In this document: piece after piece, positions 13,810-30,500 of the stretch
Position numbering within the stretch: position 1 is the first letter of the stretch
Layout of the letters: each line of letters opens with the position of its first letter
Source of the DNA: the human T2T-CHM13v2.0 reference genome, Homo sapiens
Assembly: GCF_009914755.1 (NCBI RefSeq)
Contig: NC_060937.1
DNA length: 64,000 bases
Strand: one strand, 5' to 3'
Translations under genes and position numbers: made by a program
Notes under the pieces: generated by a model
The model's input: the letters and a program-made list of their open reading frames with translations, nothing else
What the model was told of the DNA's origin: nothing
The model's database searches: none

Positions 13810-16800
13810 CAAGTATTTTTTGCTTTGTGATGCTATTGTAAATCATATTATTTTCTTAATTTTATTTTTGACTAGTCTATGTTGGTGTACAGAAGCACAA
13901 TGATTTTGTGTAAAGTGTAGCCTGCACTTTACTGAAATCTAAAAGCTTTTTAGTGAAACCTATAAACTTTCCTATATATAAAATCATGTCATCTGCAAAC
14001 AGAAACGACTTAACTTCTTTCTTTCCCATTTAGATGCTTTTTTTAAAATATTTTTTTTCTTACCTAATTGCTCTGGCTATGATTTCTAGTACTATGTAGA
14101 ATACAAGTGGTGAAATTAGGAATCATGTTGCTGATACAGATCCTAGAGAAGCTTTTAGCTCTTTGCTATGGATATGTTGGCTGTGGGCTTGTTATGTGTG
14201 ACCTTTATTTTGTAGACAAACATTCCTTTATACTTAAATTGTTCGGAGTTATTACCATAAAATGATGTTACATCTTGCCAATACCTTCTCTACATCTATT
14301 GAGATGTTCATATTTTTAAATTCATTTTATTAATGTGATTTATCACATTTTTAATTTTCAATATTGAAACATTTTTGCATCCCATGCATAAATCCCACTT
14401 GAGCATAGTGTATGATATATTAAATTGCTATTTAGTTTACTGCACTAGCATTTTGTTGAGAATTTTGCATCTGTATTTATCAGAGATATTTGCCTATAAT
14501 TTTTTTTGTAGTGTTCTTGTCTGGATTTTGTATTTGAGTAATGCTGATTTTGTAAAATGAATACTTCAGTATTCCTTGCTCCTCAATATTTTGGAAGATT
14601 TTTACAAGCATTAATATTAATTATTTGTTAAATATTGGCTAAAAAGCATTCATGAAGTCACCAGGTTCTGGGCTTTGATAAGACACTTTTTATTAGGGAT
14701 TCAATCTCCTTACACATTATTGGTGTATTGAACTTTTAATTTTTTATTCAATCTTATTAGGGTGTAAGTGTCTAGGAATTTACTCATCTATTCTAGTTTA
14801 TCCAACTATCTGGTATTTACTCGTTCATAGTAGTGTCTTATCTTTCGCATTTCTGTGGTATCAATTGTACTTCCTCCTCTTTCTGATTTTATGTATTTAT
14901 CTCTTTTTCTTCTTTCCTAGGTAAAGGATTGACAATTTTGTTTATTTATTTGAAAAAACAACATAGTTTTATTTGTCTTTCCTATTATTTTTCAGGCCAT
15001 TATTTCATTTATTTTTGCTGTGATCTTTGTTATTTCTTTTCTTCTACAAATTTTGGGCTTAGTTTATCTTTCTTTTTCTATTTTCTTGTGTTATTTATTT
15101 GAGATATTGCATTTTTCTTCATGCAGGCATTTTTACCATAAACTTCTTTCTTAGAATTTTTTTAGATGCATCCCTTAGGTTTAGGTATATTGTGTTTTAT
15201 TTTTGTTTTAATATTTATTTATTTTACTTCCTCTTTGAACCATTAGTTGTTTAGATGTGTGTTAAATTTCATCTGTTTGTAAGTTTTCCTCAATTTATTT
15301 TATCTATTTCTAGTTTCATGCCATTTTAATCATAAAAGATACTTGATATGATTCAGTCTTAAATTTTTTAAGACTTGTTTTGTGACCCAGAATATGGTCT
15401 ATTCTCCAGAATGGTGTCTGTGAGCTAGAGCAGAATGATTTCTACTGATGTTGGAAGTAATATTCTGTATAAATCTGTTAGATCCACTTGATCAAAAGTG
15501 TAGTTCAATTCAATGTTTATTTATTTATTTTCTGACTTGATGATCTCTCTATTATTTAAAGTGCTATATTGAAGTCTCCTACTATTATTGTATTTCTATC
15601 TATTTCTACTTTCAGATATGTTAATATTTGCATTTCATATTTAGGTAGTCTGATGTTGTATAAATAGATATTTACAATTGTTACAACTTTTTGATAAATT
15701 AAATCCTGTATTATTCTATAATGACCCTCCTTGTCTCTTGTTACAGTTTTTTACTTAGTCTTTTATCTGATATAAATATATTTGCTTCTGCTCTCTTTTC
15801 ATTTCCATTTGCATGAAATATCTTTTTCCATCCTTTCACTTTCAATCTATATGTGTCCTTAAAGTTAAAGTGAATCTCTTGTAGGTAACATGGAGTTGGG
15901 TCTTTTTCAAATCCATTCAGCCACTCTATGTTTTTTTATTAGAAAATTTACTCCATTTATATTTAAAGTATTGATTCATAAGGACATAATATTGCCATTT
16001 TGTTAATTATTTCCAGGCTGCTTTGTGGTTACTTTATTCTTTTCTTTCTCTATTTCTGCCTTACTTTGTAATTTGATGATTTTATATAATAATATTAATT
16101 ATTTTCTTTCTTTTTGTACTTAGTATATATTTTTTGTCTTGTGGTTACCATGGGGCTTACTTAAAATATTTCATAGTTATAACCGTCTATTTTAAGCTAA
16201 CAACAGCTTAACTTCAATTGCAAGCAAAACATACACTTTCAGTAACACTGTCACAAACATTTAAGGTTTTTGACATCACAGTTTACTTTTGAAATTGAGT
16301 ATTAATTAATACATTATTGTAGCTACAGTTATTTTTAATAGTTTTCTTTTGATCTTTACATTATATTTAAAATAATTTAAACATCATTATTATATTAGGC
16401 TATTTTAAATTTGACTGTCTACTTCCTTTTACCAATGACTTATTTATTTTCATATATCTTCATGTTACTAATAAGTATTCTTTTTTTTCAGGTGGAAGAA
16501 CTTTTAGCGTTTCTTGTAAGGAAGCTCTAGTGGTGATGAGTGCCCTCACTTTTCAGTAGTCTGGGAAGGTCTTTATTTATCCTTCAGTTCTGAAAGACAG
16601 CTTTTCTGGGTAAAATATTATCGGTTGAAAGTTTCTTTTCTTTCTTTTTTTTACCAATACATTGAATATATCATCCTAATCTCCTGACCTGAAAAGTTTC
16701 TGCTGAGAAATCTTCCAAATTCCCTTGTATCTGACACATCTCCTTTTCTACTTTCAAAATTCTATCTTTGTCTTTGGTTACTGACAATTTGCTTATCATA

Positions 16801-16880
16801 TGTCTTAGTGAAGTCCTCTTTGGGTTGTAACTGGAAATCTTTGACCCTCACATACTTAGATGTCCATATCTTTCCCAATA
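13810..16880 (-). mobile_element. old L1 (L1M class) fragment from the ORF1 end to the ORF2 RT region, with internal deletions
   Basis: Antisense L1 hallmarks: AAATCATGTCATCTGCAAACAG (FADDMI motif), TGAAGTCTCCTACTATTATTG (EN domain, IIVGDF), ATCCATTCAGCCACTCTATG, AGTTTCTGCTGAGAAATCT (ORF1). Confidence 0.88.
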
Positions 16881-16889
16881 TTTAAAGAA

Positions 16890-19558
<2,669 letters not shown>

Positions 19559-20514
19559 GAATAGCCACATGGGTAGTAGCTGCCATCTTGGGCAACACAA
19601 TTCTATACTATAACTATTATATCTTATGCATGTATCCTCCCCACTATTTTGTGAAGAATTTAAACGTGCAGGCTTTCTTAAATGTATCTATTTTAAGTAA
19701 AGTATCTCACACTTGCCTATAGTACAATAGACAGTCAATAGATGTTAACTTTTTGGATACTTTTTTATGTGATTTATAGATATTTTGTTTTGTATTTTCT
19801 TTCTTTTGGCTAAATTAGACTACTAAGTTTCATGAGCTGAAATGGGGATTTTTATCACTTCATGTCTATAGTCTCAGCATAGAGGTGATGTTTAATAAGT
19901 TTCACTTTATAAATCTTCAAAGCACATCAAAGGTCTGTGCATTGAACTTACTAGTATAGTGAATAAGATTCTATGCTATAAATTGTCCCATTAGCATTAA
20001 GTCTCGAGAGAGCTGAACTTCTGCTCCCATGAACAAACATGCTACAGTCTATCACCATATCCAAGCGGCACCAGTGTGTGCTTGTCATTAAGGGCGAGTA
20101 GCCAAATGCTAGGATTTCTGAAAACATGAGTAAGACAGAGGGAGAGAATCCAGAGACATTATTTCCATAAGATAAATTATTTGTCAGCAAACAGAAGCTA
20201 ACAGCCTCTGGGTAGGAGTTCTGGAATTAAAATAAGATTATGAACAGAGACCAGTATATAGAATGCAAGGACTTTGCATTTAAAAGAGATTTTAGGAATA
20301 CGTATGATTCCAAGTTAGAAATTCCAGGAAGAAGCCAAATTTGGAAGTCAAAATTGAAAACTGTAAAACAGATATTTAAGATTAAGCAGGATGAAATTAA
20401 TAAAATCATTTCAGTTTTTTCCTTGAATATTCCATAAATATGAATTACAGGAATTTCATGTATATCTGGTCTCAGGTTATGACCACTCTTAAGTGAATGT
20501 TTATAATGCTCTTA

Positions 20515-20838
<324 letters not shown>

Positions 20839-22514
20839 TCAAAATGTAGATTTCTGGGATCATCATAAAATATTATTGTTAAACATGTCTGGTGTGTATC
20901 TGTATGTGCATGCCAATTAACAACCCATATAATTATGATGCAAGTAATTGGACCAAATTTAGGAAGAAGCCCTGCCCTATAGCTGAGAAGAAACTAGTCC
21001 TCCAGGAGTGACAAAAGTCTCTGCTTGTGGAGATGAGGTAATGCAGAGATGAATCTGGCATTAGTTGCCAAAAATACATTTGATAACTGATTTACACATG
21101 CCACAAAGTATATTTATTTTGAGCCCAAGACTGATGGCCCTATACTTCACATGACTAATTGAAATTAATAAAAGTAATTATCCATAGAGCATACTGGAGT
21201 TTGCCTTTCTCTGCCAACTCATTTTTCTTGTTTCTCAATAAATGCTACTAGGAAGCAGGAGAAAATGATTTTGGGCAATAAATTGTTGAACCCTGTGGAA
21301 AGCCATTTTTAACGATAGGTCACCTTTCGACCTTAGAATTAGGAGGAACTAGGTTACTTCTCTAAAGTGCACTAATCATAACCCTTGTAGAATTAACACC
21401 AACTAGGCTAAATAAATGGACTGTGTAAATTACACAAGTGGATATGTTGTCAGTTTGCCTTGCTAACCTTCACTAAAGCGGGAGTCACTGCTCTCATTAA
21501 TTCTTCATTTTCTCAAGTTAATTAACTAGTGTGTGGTGCAGTGTCCTCATTTTAAAAAATGAAATAATACTATATTAATATAAGGTGTTGAGATGGTTGA
21601 TTACATTTTTATAAAACTCTGCAAGATTAGTGAGAGAAATAATGCCAAGCTTAAATCATGTTAAGATTGCATTTAAATATCTTAATTATAGTTGTAAAAT
21701 TTATAATTAAAATATAGCATAGGATAAGCTCCAATCTATATTATTATATTACCATATTTGTGTAGACTATATCTCCATCACATGTTGTAAATGCAGGCAA
21801 ATTCTAACTGCTGCTCAAAGTTCTGCTTTAAAATTCTCTTTTTCAGTATTTTAACATACACTCATAGTCTTTGGGCATTAAAATATTTTGGAATATCTTT
21901 AAATGTCTTTGAAGGGCTATCAGACCACATCATACGACCTCTGACCATTTGCTATAACTAAAATTCACAGTGATAGCTTATTTAAGGGTAAATGACGGAT
22001 TAACACAATAATCGCTCTGATGAGTGCTTTATAGCTAGACTTGACCATTTTCTTTTATGGTCTAGAAGGACCATATGGTTTATAAGAACACCATCAGGAT
22101 AGTTCTTACAATTGAAATAAAAGAATGTGCCTTGAAATACTCTTTACAAAAATGTTACAATAGGTTGATTTAGCTAACTTAGTAAAACTGTTTAAAAACA
22201 CCTGAAAATCAACCAGCGTAATCACCTGATGTTACCTTTGAATACACAGCAATTTGTTCTTTTTTTGGTTTGTTTTTTATATTGGTTCTAGAAAGTATGT
22301 GAAATTGCATATGCACATTTGTAGATATATGTGTGTGTGATGTTTATATAAAATTTTAGTAATCAAGGGCTTTGAAAAATACTTCCCTTCTATTTAATTC
22401 CTATATATTCCCAATGTGCTCTGTGAACTTTATGGCTCATTTCATTATGACAGATAAGCAGAAATCCATTCCCATAGCAGAATCGTCAAGACAGATCTGC
22501 TTAACTTACATATT

Positions 22515-23010
22515 CAAAAAATACTATTCATTCTTAAAAAGGGGGGAAGATTTTGCAACGACATGAATGGACCCAGAGGACAGTATGCCAATTATAATGT
22601 CAGGAATTAAAAACCAAATATGACATGATTTCACTAATGTGTAGATTCTAAAAGACTTGAACTCATAAAAGAAGAGAAGACAATAGGGTTTACCAGAGTC
22701 TGGAAGAAGTGGAAGATGGAAAAAAGGTGGATATTGATCAAAGGGTACAAAGTTTCTGTTAACTAGGAGGATTAAGCTTAAGCAATGAAATCTATTGCAG
22801 TAGAATAGTAACTAAAATAAACAGTAATGCATTGTACATGTAAAAATTGCTAAAAATAAGTTTTTAAATAATTTCAGTACAAAAAATAGGTACTCATGTG
22901 GGGTGATGAATTTGTTAATTAGCTTGATTTAATCATTTCACATTGTAAACACATATCAAAACTTCACATTATACCCCATAGTTATGCAAAATTATTTGTA
23001 TAAATTTTTA
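22515..23010 (+). mobile_element. L1MA-type 3' end fragment
   Basis: TTTGCAACGACATGAATGGACC, GATCAAAGGGTACAAAGTTTC, GTTAATTAGCTTGATTTAATCATTTCACA. Confidence 0.8.
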
Positions 23011-23449
23011 ACATGTAATTTGAGCCAATTACAGAATTAACACATTAGAAGCAAATTGAGTGCTGTGAGAATGCCAAATTATCTTAATAACTGTCCATAC
23101 ATTTAGAAGAAAAACTTTTGAAGTGTGGAACTTTGAAAAAATGTATATCCATGACCAAAAGGAAGGTGTGAGCAAGAGTCATTTATATTTGACTAATGCC
23201 TATTAAGTAGAAAACTTGAAGTTATCTTTTCAAATTTTGTAAGTAAAAAATATTAAAATCTTATTAGTAAACATTGTTTTTCCTAGTGGCATGAGAGTAG
23301 AAAAATAATCATTTTTATAATTAGTCTATTAATTCAAAAGGTATTATCCTTTCTGCTTCTATAAAACTATTGGTGATATGATAATTTCTATACATATCTA
23401 CTTGTGTAAACTCTGTTTTTTTTTTTGTATTCTCTTCTCTTTAAATATT

Positions 23450-24150
23450 GATAAGTTCTCAGGATTCTCTTCTATGCTCATTTCTAATTTTATATTCCCT
23501 TCCTGGATACCTTATCCACTCCTGACCAATACTATTTTTTTTCTATATTTATTTCTCCATGCCAGATCACTGCTGGGAGCACCAAACTATGTACCAAAGT
23601 GCCTAATGGATACTACTAATTGGATTCTCATAGTCCAGTAAGAAATATAGTGCCTAAAACATAGGAAATTCCCTATTGTTGTTAAAACATCCCCCATCCC
23701 AACAAATGTTACGATGCTTAGCCTAACTGGTCAAGTCACAAATTTAAGCATCACCTTATTCTTCTCTTCCTTCACCTACTGCAATCTACCCACATGTTAC
23801 TTTCATTCCACTTCCTAAATTGTTCTCTAATCCCTCCATCTTTTTCAAACTCTACTACCACAACCCTAGTCAAAGACTGTTTCTCTCACCTAGATGACCA
23901 CATTGTCCTCTTACCCAGTCTATCTTTTTTCTCTCTTGTGCTTCTCTAATCTATTCTTCAATTGCAGTGTTAATAACATTCCTAAATTAAATTCTGATTG
24001 TGAAGTACCAATGCTTAAAGCCTATCAATAACTCCTCATTGCTAAACTCCATACTACATGTCATACCTAAAATTCCCTTTATAATTCTTGGCCCTTGCTT
24101 AATTCTTTAATTACCTCAATCTGACACTTCTTTCTTTATTCAAATTCTAG
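23450..24150 (+). mobile_element. L2 LINE fragment
   Basis: Pyrimidine-rich L2-like text: CTACCACAACCCTAGTC, TCTCTCACCTAGATGACCAC, TGCTTAAAGCCTATCAATAACTCCTCATTG. Confidence 0.6.
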
Positions 24151-24349
24151 AAAATACTGATGATGATCAGTTTTCTGATTATGTCATATCTTTTTTTTTC
24201 CTTTATGGATCATTGTTTCAATCAAAATGAACTCTTTGACTTCTACCCAATTCTTCCATTCCCTTTGCAACATAATGTGAAGGAGTTTTCTCGCACTCTC
24301 TACTCGTTTTCTCACCTGCTGTTGCCTTCTCAATGCATTACACTTCCAT

Positions 24350-24970
24350 ATTCAACTCCAACACACCTAAAACTGTTCTTGTTAAGAACTTTAGGCAGAT
24401 GAAGCTAATAATCACTATTATATTCTTATTTGTTTTTCACTGATATTCAAGAGGTGTGTCTGTTCTTTCTTTCTTGAAAAAAATAAAAAAATAACTTTTT
24501 TCTTGGCTTTTGTAGCAACAATTTCCTTATTTGCCTATGATTTTACTGGGTAATTTCCTAATTTTTCTTATTAGATGTACTTCTTTTTTTTTGGTCTCTT
24601 TTTAAGTGGTGGTAGGCCAGAGATTAGTTCAAAGTCCCTATTTTACCCTCTGCACAGTAACACTAGATGGACTCATTCTGTCTCAGGGTTTTAAATGCCA
24701 TCTATGGGTTGATGGCTCAAAAGTTGTAACTCTGAATTTCTGTTCTCCATACTCACGGACCTAATTGCTTACTTGAAGTATTCAGTTTAATATGTAGATT
24801 TGTCTCCCTTACTCATTTTTACCAAACTTATCCACCTTCATAAATGGCACCACTCATAATTTGCTGAAGACAAAATCTTAGAAATAATATTTGATTCTAT
24901 TTTTCCTAAAACTGACATATACAATACATTAGCAACTCCTTGAGCTCTGCGTTTAGAAATTCTTCCATGA
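24350..24970 (+). mobile_element. L2 LINE fragment
   Basis: ACTCATTCTGTCTCAGGGTTTTAAATGCCATCTATGGGTTGATGGCTC and TAAATGGCACCACTCAT are L2-like. Confidence 0.6.
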
Positions 24971-25298
24971 ACTTCAAGGTCTAAGGTCTGTGATCTTTTG
25001 AGTAACCTTAGAGCACACTGTATTTTTCCTGCTCATGGGTAAACTCTTTGATAGTAAAGACAGCTTCTATCTCTTTTACAATTATTACACCAGAACCACC
25101 TACCAAACCTCATAGACATATGTATAAATGTAAATATAATTTGAGTAAATTTTATAGTAGTACATCTTTTACATTCCCCAACATGCCTCTCTCTATATAT
25201 GTTTATTTTTCTCTGCCAGCAATAGAGCTTATTTAGTTTTACATGCTGAGTTCTCAGATAAGAAAATGAAGCAAAATTTTTCCAACATTCTTTATTGC

Positions 25299-25459
25299 AG
25301 TGCTTCCAAATCTTTAATGTACATATGAAACAAGTACAGATGTTGTTAAAATGCAATTTCTGGTTTAAAAGTTCTGAAGTAGAGCCTGAATTTTTCAATT
25401 CTGACAAGCTCCAAAAAGAAGCAAGCATTGCTTGCTTGACCACACTTTCACTGGCAAAG
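25299..25459. mobile_element. MER5-family hAT-Charlie MITE
   Basis: CAGTGCTTCCAAATCTTTAATGTACAT...TTGTTAAAATGCA...TTCTGACAAGCTCC...GACCACACTTT. Confidence 0.75.
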
Positions 25460-26672
25460 ATTTAAAGACAATCAGTATTACAGCTATATGATTAAAATAA
25501 TTTAAGCAATAAATTAAATAAAATTTGGGGAATTAAAATACAACCTAACTTTTTATCCAGATCTAGCAAGTGGTATTTTTATTTTTATTGCAACCTTTCA
25601 GAATTCATATTAGGATATTTTAAAGTCTAAGTGTTGTATGAAGAGTAGTATATTAATTATAATGGTGTTAACTTCATTTAAACTTACCTGTATGTTGATT
25701 ATTCTTCCTCTGTAAAATTAAGCCACACAGATAAAACGTTCTGCTATACTTAACAAGATAGATATTTGTATAAAATGAAAGTTAAGATATTATCCATAGT
25801 GTAAATATTTATCATTCATTACAACTAAGGGGAGACTGTACCCAGATGATTTCTTCTTGGAAACAATATTTTGCCGTAATGGAATGTGATATGAGTTAGG
25901 TACACTTTAGTATGACTGTCTTCCAGAAAGTGCTTTATTTCCTGAGGAAATAAGCATCTGTTTAGATCATAATAAAAGGAGAATAATAGAACAATTCCGG
26001 AAATCCCATCTTTTGCTACTTTTTCTGATTATCTGAGGATCAGTTGATAATGCTATTCTTTTTAAACGCATCATTTTAATAGACTAAAAACAATGTTAAA
26101 ACTAAAATATAATAAAAGTCTTAAAAAAACATACTGGCCAATGAAGTCATTCAAAGAAGACATTGGATAATATGAAATTCAAATGACTTTAGTCAACTCA
26201 GTGAAAATGTAAATTTGTGTGAGAAAAAGCAAACAAACATTTAAGTTGTGCAAATTTATATGCAAATAAATAATTGTTTCTGGTTTTAAAACTGTACAAT
26301 CGCATTTCTGATCTAACAGTTCCATGGCTATTACTAGCGTTATTATAAACAATTATAGTAATCAAAAATTAATTCCTATATTTTAAAATCCTATAGTTTG
26401 AAATTAGCTAAATATTTGTGTCTTTTCTTCATGAAGTCCTAGCACAGAAAGATAAAGTGACATTTGATTCCATATTTAAATATTTTCTGACCACGACAGT
26501 GATGAGACTATTTTTAGCCTCTAAGTAGAGTAAGTATGTTAGAGTTATTGAGTACTTACAATAAAATTTAGGTAAAGTTTGACTTTTATAAGAACAGTAT
26601 AAATTAAGTATATAAAACCCAAGCTGATAGTCATTCCTAACTATATTTGACTTGTAAAAAATATCTCAAGAA

Positions 26673-26994
<322 letters not shown>

Positions 26995-27220
26995 ACGAAA
27001 GGAAAATTGTAGTTTATTTGCATTCTTCTCATTTTTAATGTACATTTTGTCTCCACTGATCATTTTAAATATCTGTAAGACAAACGAAGTTTCTATAATA
27101 TCCCCAGTAAACTCTTACTCGTAGTTATCAGAATCATTCCATAAAACATGTTAAAAAATATGCATGTTTGATATTTTCAGATATTTAAAGAACTATCTTA
27201 TAATGATATTCAAAGGAAAG

Positions 27221-27530
27221 TATCCTAAGCGAATTAACACAGAAACAGAAAATCAAATACCGCTTGTCCTCACTTGTAAGTGGGAGCTAAGCATTGAGTA
27301 CACATGGCCACAAAGAAGGAAACAACAATGAGGTCTATTGAAGTTGAAGGGTAGAAGGTGGATGGGGATTGAAAACTACCTGTCAAGTGGGTATTATGCT
27401 GATTGCCTGGGTAACAAAATTCTGTATGCCAAACTCTGATGACACAGAATTTACTCATATAAAAAATCTGCACATGTACCACTTGAACCTAAAATAAAAA
27501 GTTGGAAACAATAAAATAAAATAAAACAAA
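27221..27530 (+). mobile_element. L1PA (PA15/16-like) 3' end
   Basis: CTCACTTGTAAGTGGGAGCTAAGCATTGAGTACACATGG ... CTGCACATGTACCACTTGAACCTAAAATAAAAAGTT followed by an A-rich tail. Confidence 0.85.
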
Positions 27531-30500
27531 AAGTAAGCCAGAAAAATTATATATCTACAAATTAAAGTGCCCCAAAATATTTGTGGACTTGTCCAAATTA
27601 TTAAATTCAATTTATTGAATACCAATTCTTTTTAGGGAATATTTATGCTCCATTAACCATATTCCCAAGGAGGAAAGAATTATATGTGAGGAATAATTCA
27701 GCCTCCCGGTTTCCCTCCATACATTACATATTTCCATGTGAGAAAGTACCATTTACCTGAGAGATAAGAGAGAGAAAAGAGAGTCCATTTTTTTAGGGAG
27801 AAACATTTCTTAAGGATTGGCCTACTTTTCTCATTAACTATGAATACTCATTCATAGCTTTATCAGTATGAGAGTTCTACCATTGTCCAGTATGGCTTGT
27901 GATGAAATAAATAATTTCAATATGAAGAGAGTGTGGGTGGGGTGGGGAGGTGGGCAGTTTTAAAAGCATACGGTATTGCTGAGTAATATTCAGCAGTAGA
28001 TCACATCTTTGTTTTACAAGCAAATTTGGCATGATTAACATTAATAGATTTGGGTGCTTATTAAATTAGTTTATATATGCAAAGCAATTAGAAGAGTGCC
28101 AAGCAGAATACATATGATATATAAGTGTTAGCCATTATCAATACTATTACTTTGTTATATTGATTAATATGTTTTGTTCTTCATCTCTCTAAATCTTCTG
28201 CCACAACTGGTCCCATTATGGATTGTAAGAGAGCAGTATTGTTATTGTTCCCTTGAACACCCAAAAAGATTATTAAATGCTTTATAGCAAAGTAACCCTA
28301 CAAAGTAAAGAGAAGGTACATAACTTGACCCAGGTCTCAAACTTGTTCAGTTGGCTAAACCTGGAATATAACGTCTGTCTGCATCATGTCAAAGCTAGCA
28401 CCCTTTCCTATTTCTCAGGGCCTCTCAGAAATAAAATTGAAAAAGTTAGGCTCTAAGTTGTTATTTTTTTCTGTTATTAATCTAAACAGTAACATCAACA
28501 ACAAAACCAAAAATAAATTTCTTTTTCACGCTTAAGGAGAAAAATACATGTGAAGCATCAGAAGCTGTAATTTTTTTCCATTTAAGACTTAAAAATTTTA
28601 ATGAGAAACAGTTTAATAGACATAAAATTAACACTAATACACTTTTTAATACGTCTTACAAAGCAATCTTGTAAAGTTGAATCAATGAGGCTTTCAGTTA
28701 AAGGATTCAATGTTAAAACAAAAGTTCAAATTTCTGCTTTCAGATTGGTGTTAATTTTCTCAATGTGTATTTGCTGATGTGATTGGATATAAATATAATC
28801 AATAGTCATTTATGATATATTTTAGTAATGACATGCATTTAAATATTGATTATCCTGTTATTTGTGATTTTCAATTTTTGCTTGATACTATTACAAAACA
28901 TCAAATATCCTATTTCTATGCTCCTTTTACTTCTGTTTTTTTACTTCACTTTGAAATTATGGATTGGGAAACCTTTCATTACTTTCATAAGCTTTAATTC
29001 CATTGTTCTTATTTCAGTTTTGTTCAACATCTGTTATGAACTGTGACTGCCTCATTTTTGGTAGATATAAAAAGATTATAGTTTTGTGTTCATTTTTTTT
29101 TAACTAGGAAAATTCCTTCAAAATGGTACTTTGTACATGTAAGGTGAGTTAATTTTGAGTCAAACTAAATTTAATTGAAGTAATGCATTCTGCTATCATC
29201 TCTCATTTTATTTAAAAAAAAATGTATATATTGGAAAACACGTTTACCTCTAAACCTTGGAGATATGCAAGTCCTCCAGTAAAAAGAAGTAATTTATGTT
29301 TTTTCACCTCATGGATTTCACATCACTCAGAAACACATGGAGAAACTTTCAATGAGGCATCCACAGGAAGGCTCAGTGGGATGTCTGACAGTTTAAAGTA
29401 AAGAGAAGAAGGATCTGGAATTTGTAAGGATAACCTACAAAAGACACCAACATAAAACAACCTTCCTAGTTTTTATGTTCCCCTTTGTCAATAAAAAATG
29501 AAACTACTAAACTATAGAACAAACAAGTGATCTGTATTTGGGCAATTTCTTATATATAATTTTAGCTCTGTCACCTCGGACTGACATGTCTGTACCTTTA
29601 TGGTGCTATTATATTGTATGTCACAAAAAGAAAGCACCAAAGCAATTTTCATGAATACATGAAACTAAACCTTACATGAAATCATCTAGGGAAAAGTATG
29701 CCATACTTATAAAAGTGTTCAGAGTTTTGGAGAAGATTAATATACTTTGTTAAAATGGTTGGCATACATTATCCATTAAATTAGTTGCACATACACGTCC
29801 CTATGATTTATCACTACAAAAAATATACATTCCCATTTATGGTGAGTTGTACATACAAATGCACACAAAAAAGTGCAATGGAAATAAATGCAAAACAAGA
29901 AATTTGTTTGATAATACTAAATATAACAAGTTTTAGGCAAATTTAAAGAGTACATTTCAGAACTATGTGTAAAAACGAATGTGAAGAAAGAGAACGTTTA
30001 ACAAATAGCCTAATTAAAAGCTATTTTTTACATTTTAAGGAAAGCAATTATAGTTTTAATCAGTTATTAGAATGGAATTAAATTAAGGGTATATCAGTTA
30101 CACATTCACGGTGCCAAAAATACTGAATATTATTATTTGAAAGAGATATTGATAAGCAATTTATTGAATATGAATTCATAGCAATGCTACTACTTGTGGC
30201 TTTCATAGAGAAGAATGAAGAGTGAGGAGGGAAACAAATAAATTTACCAAAAAAAAAGAAGAAGAAGAAAAAGAAAGCAATGTGAAGTAAAGGCAGTAAA
30301 ATTTAATGGAAAATGATTAATATTCTGATTCTGATTGGATAGCCAATGTAGATTGTCTTGTTTTAATGTTAGTGTGCTCATTAATTGTGTTAAAGTCAGC
30401 TACCAAAATCTATGTTTATGTATTATCCTTATCTGCTCATCAAATATTATTTCAGTTAAATATGACAGGAAAGGTATGGGCAAACAAACTTTGAAAATAT

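Noticed and set aside
25033-25443. 136-aa ORF on the minus strand
   Set aside because: Begins in a MER5 element with a non-ATG start and has no recognisable domain.
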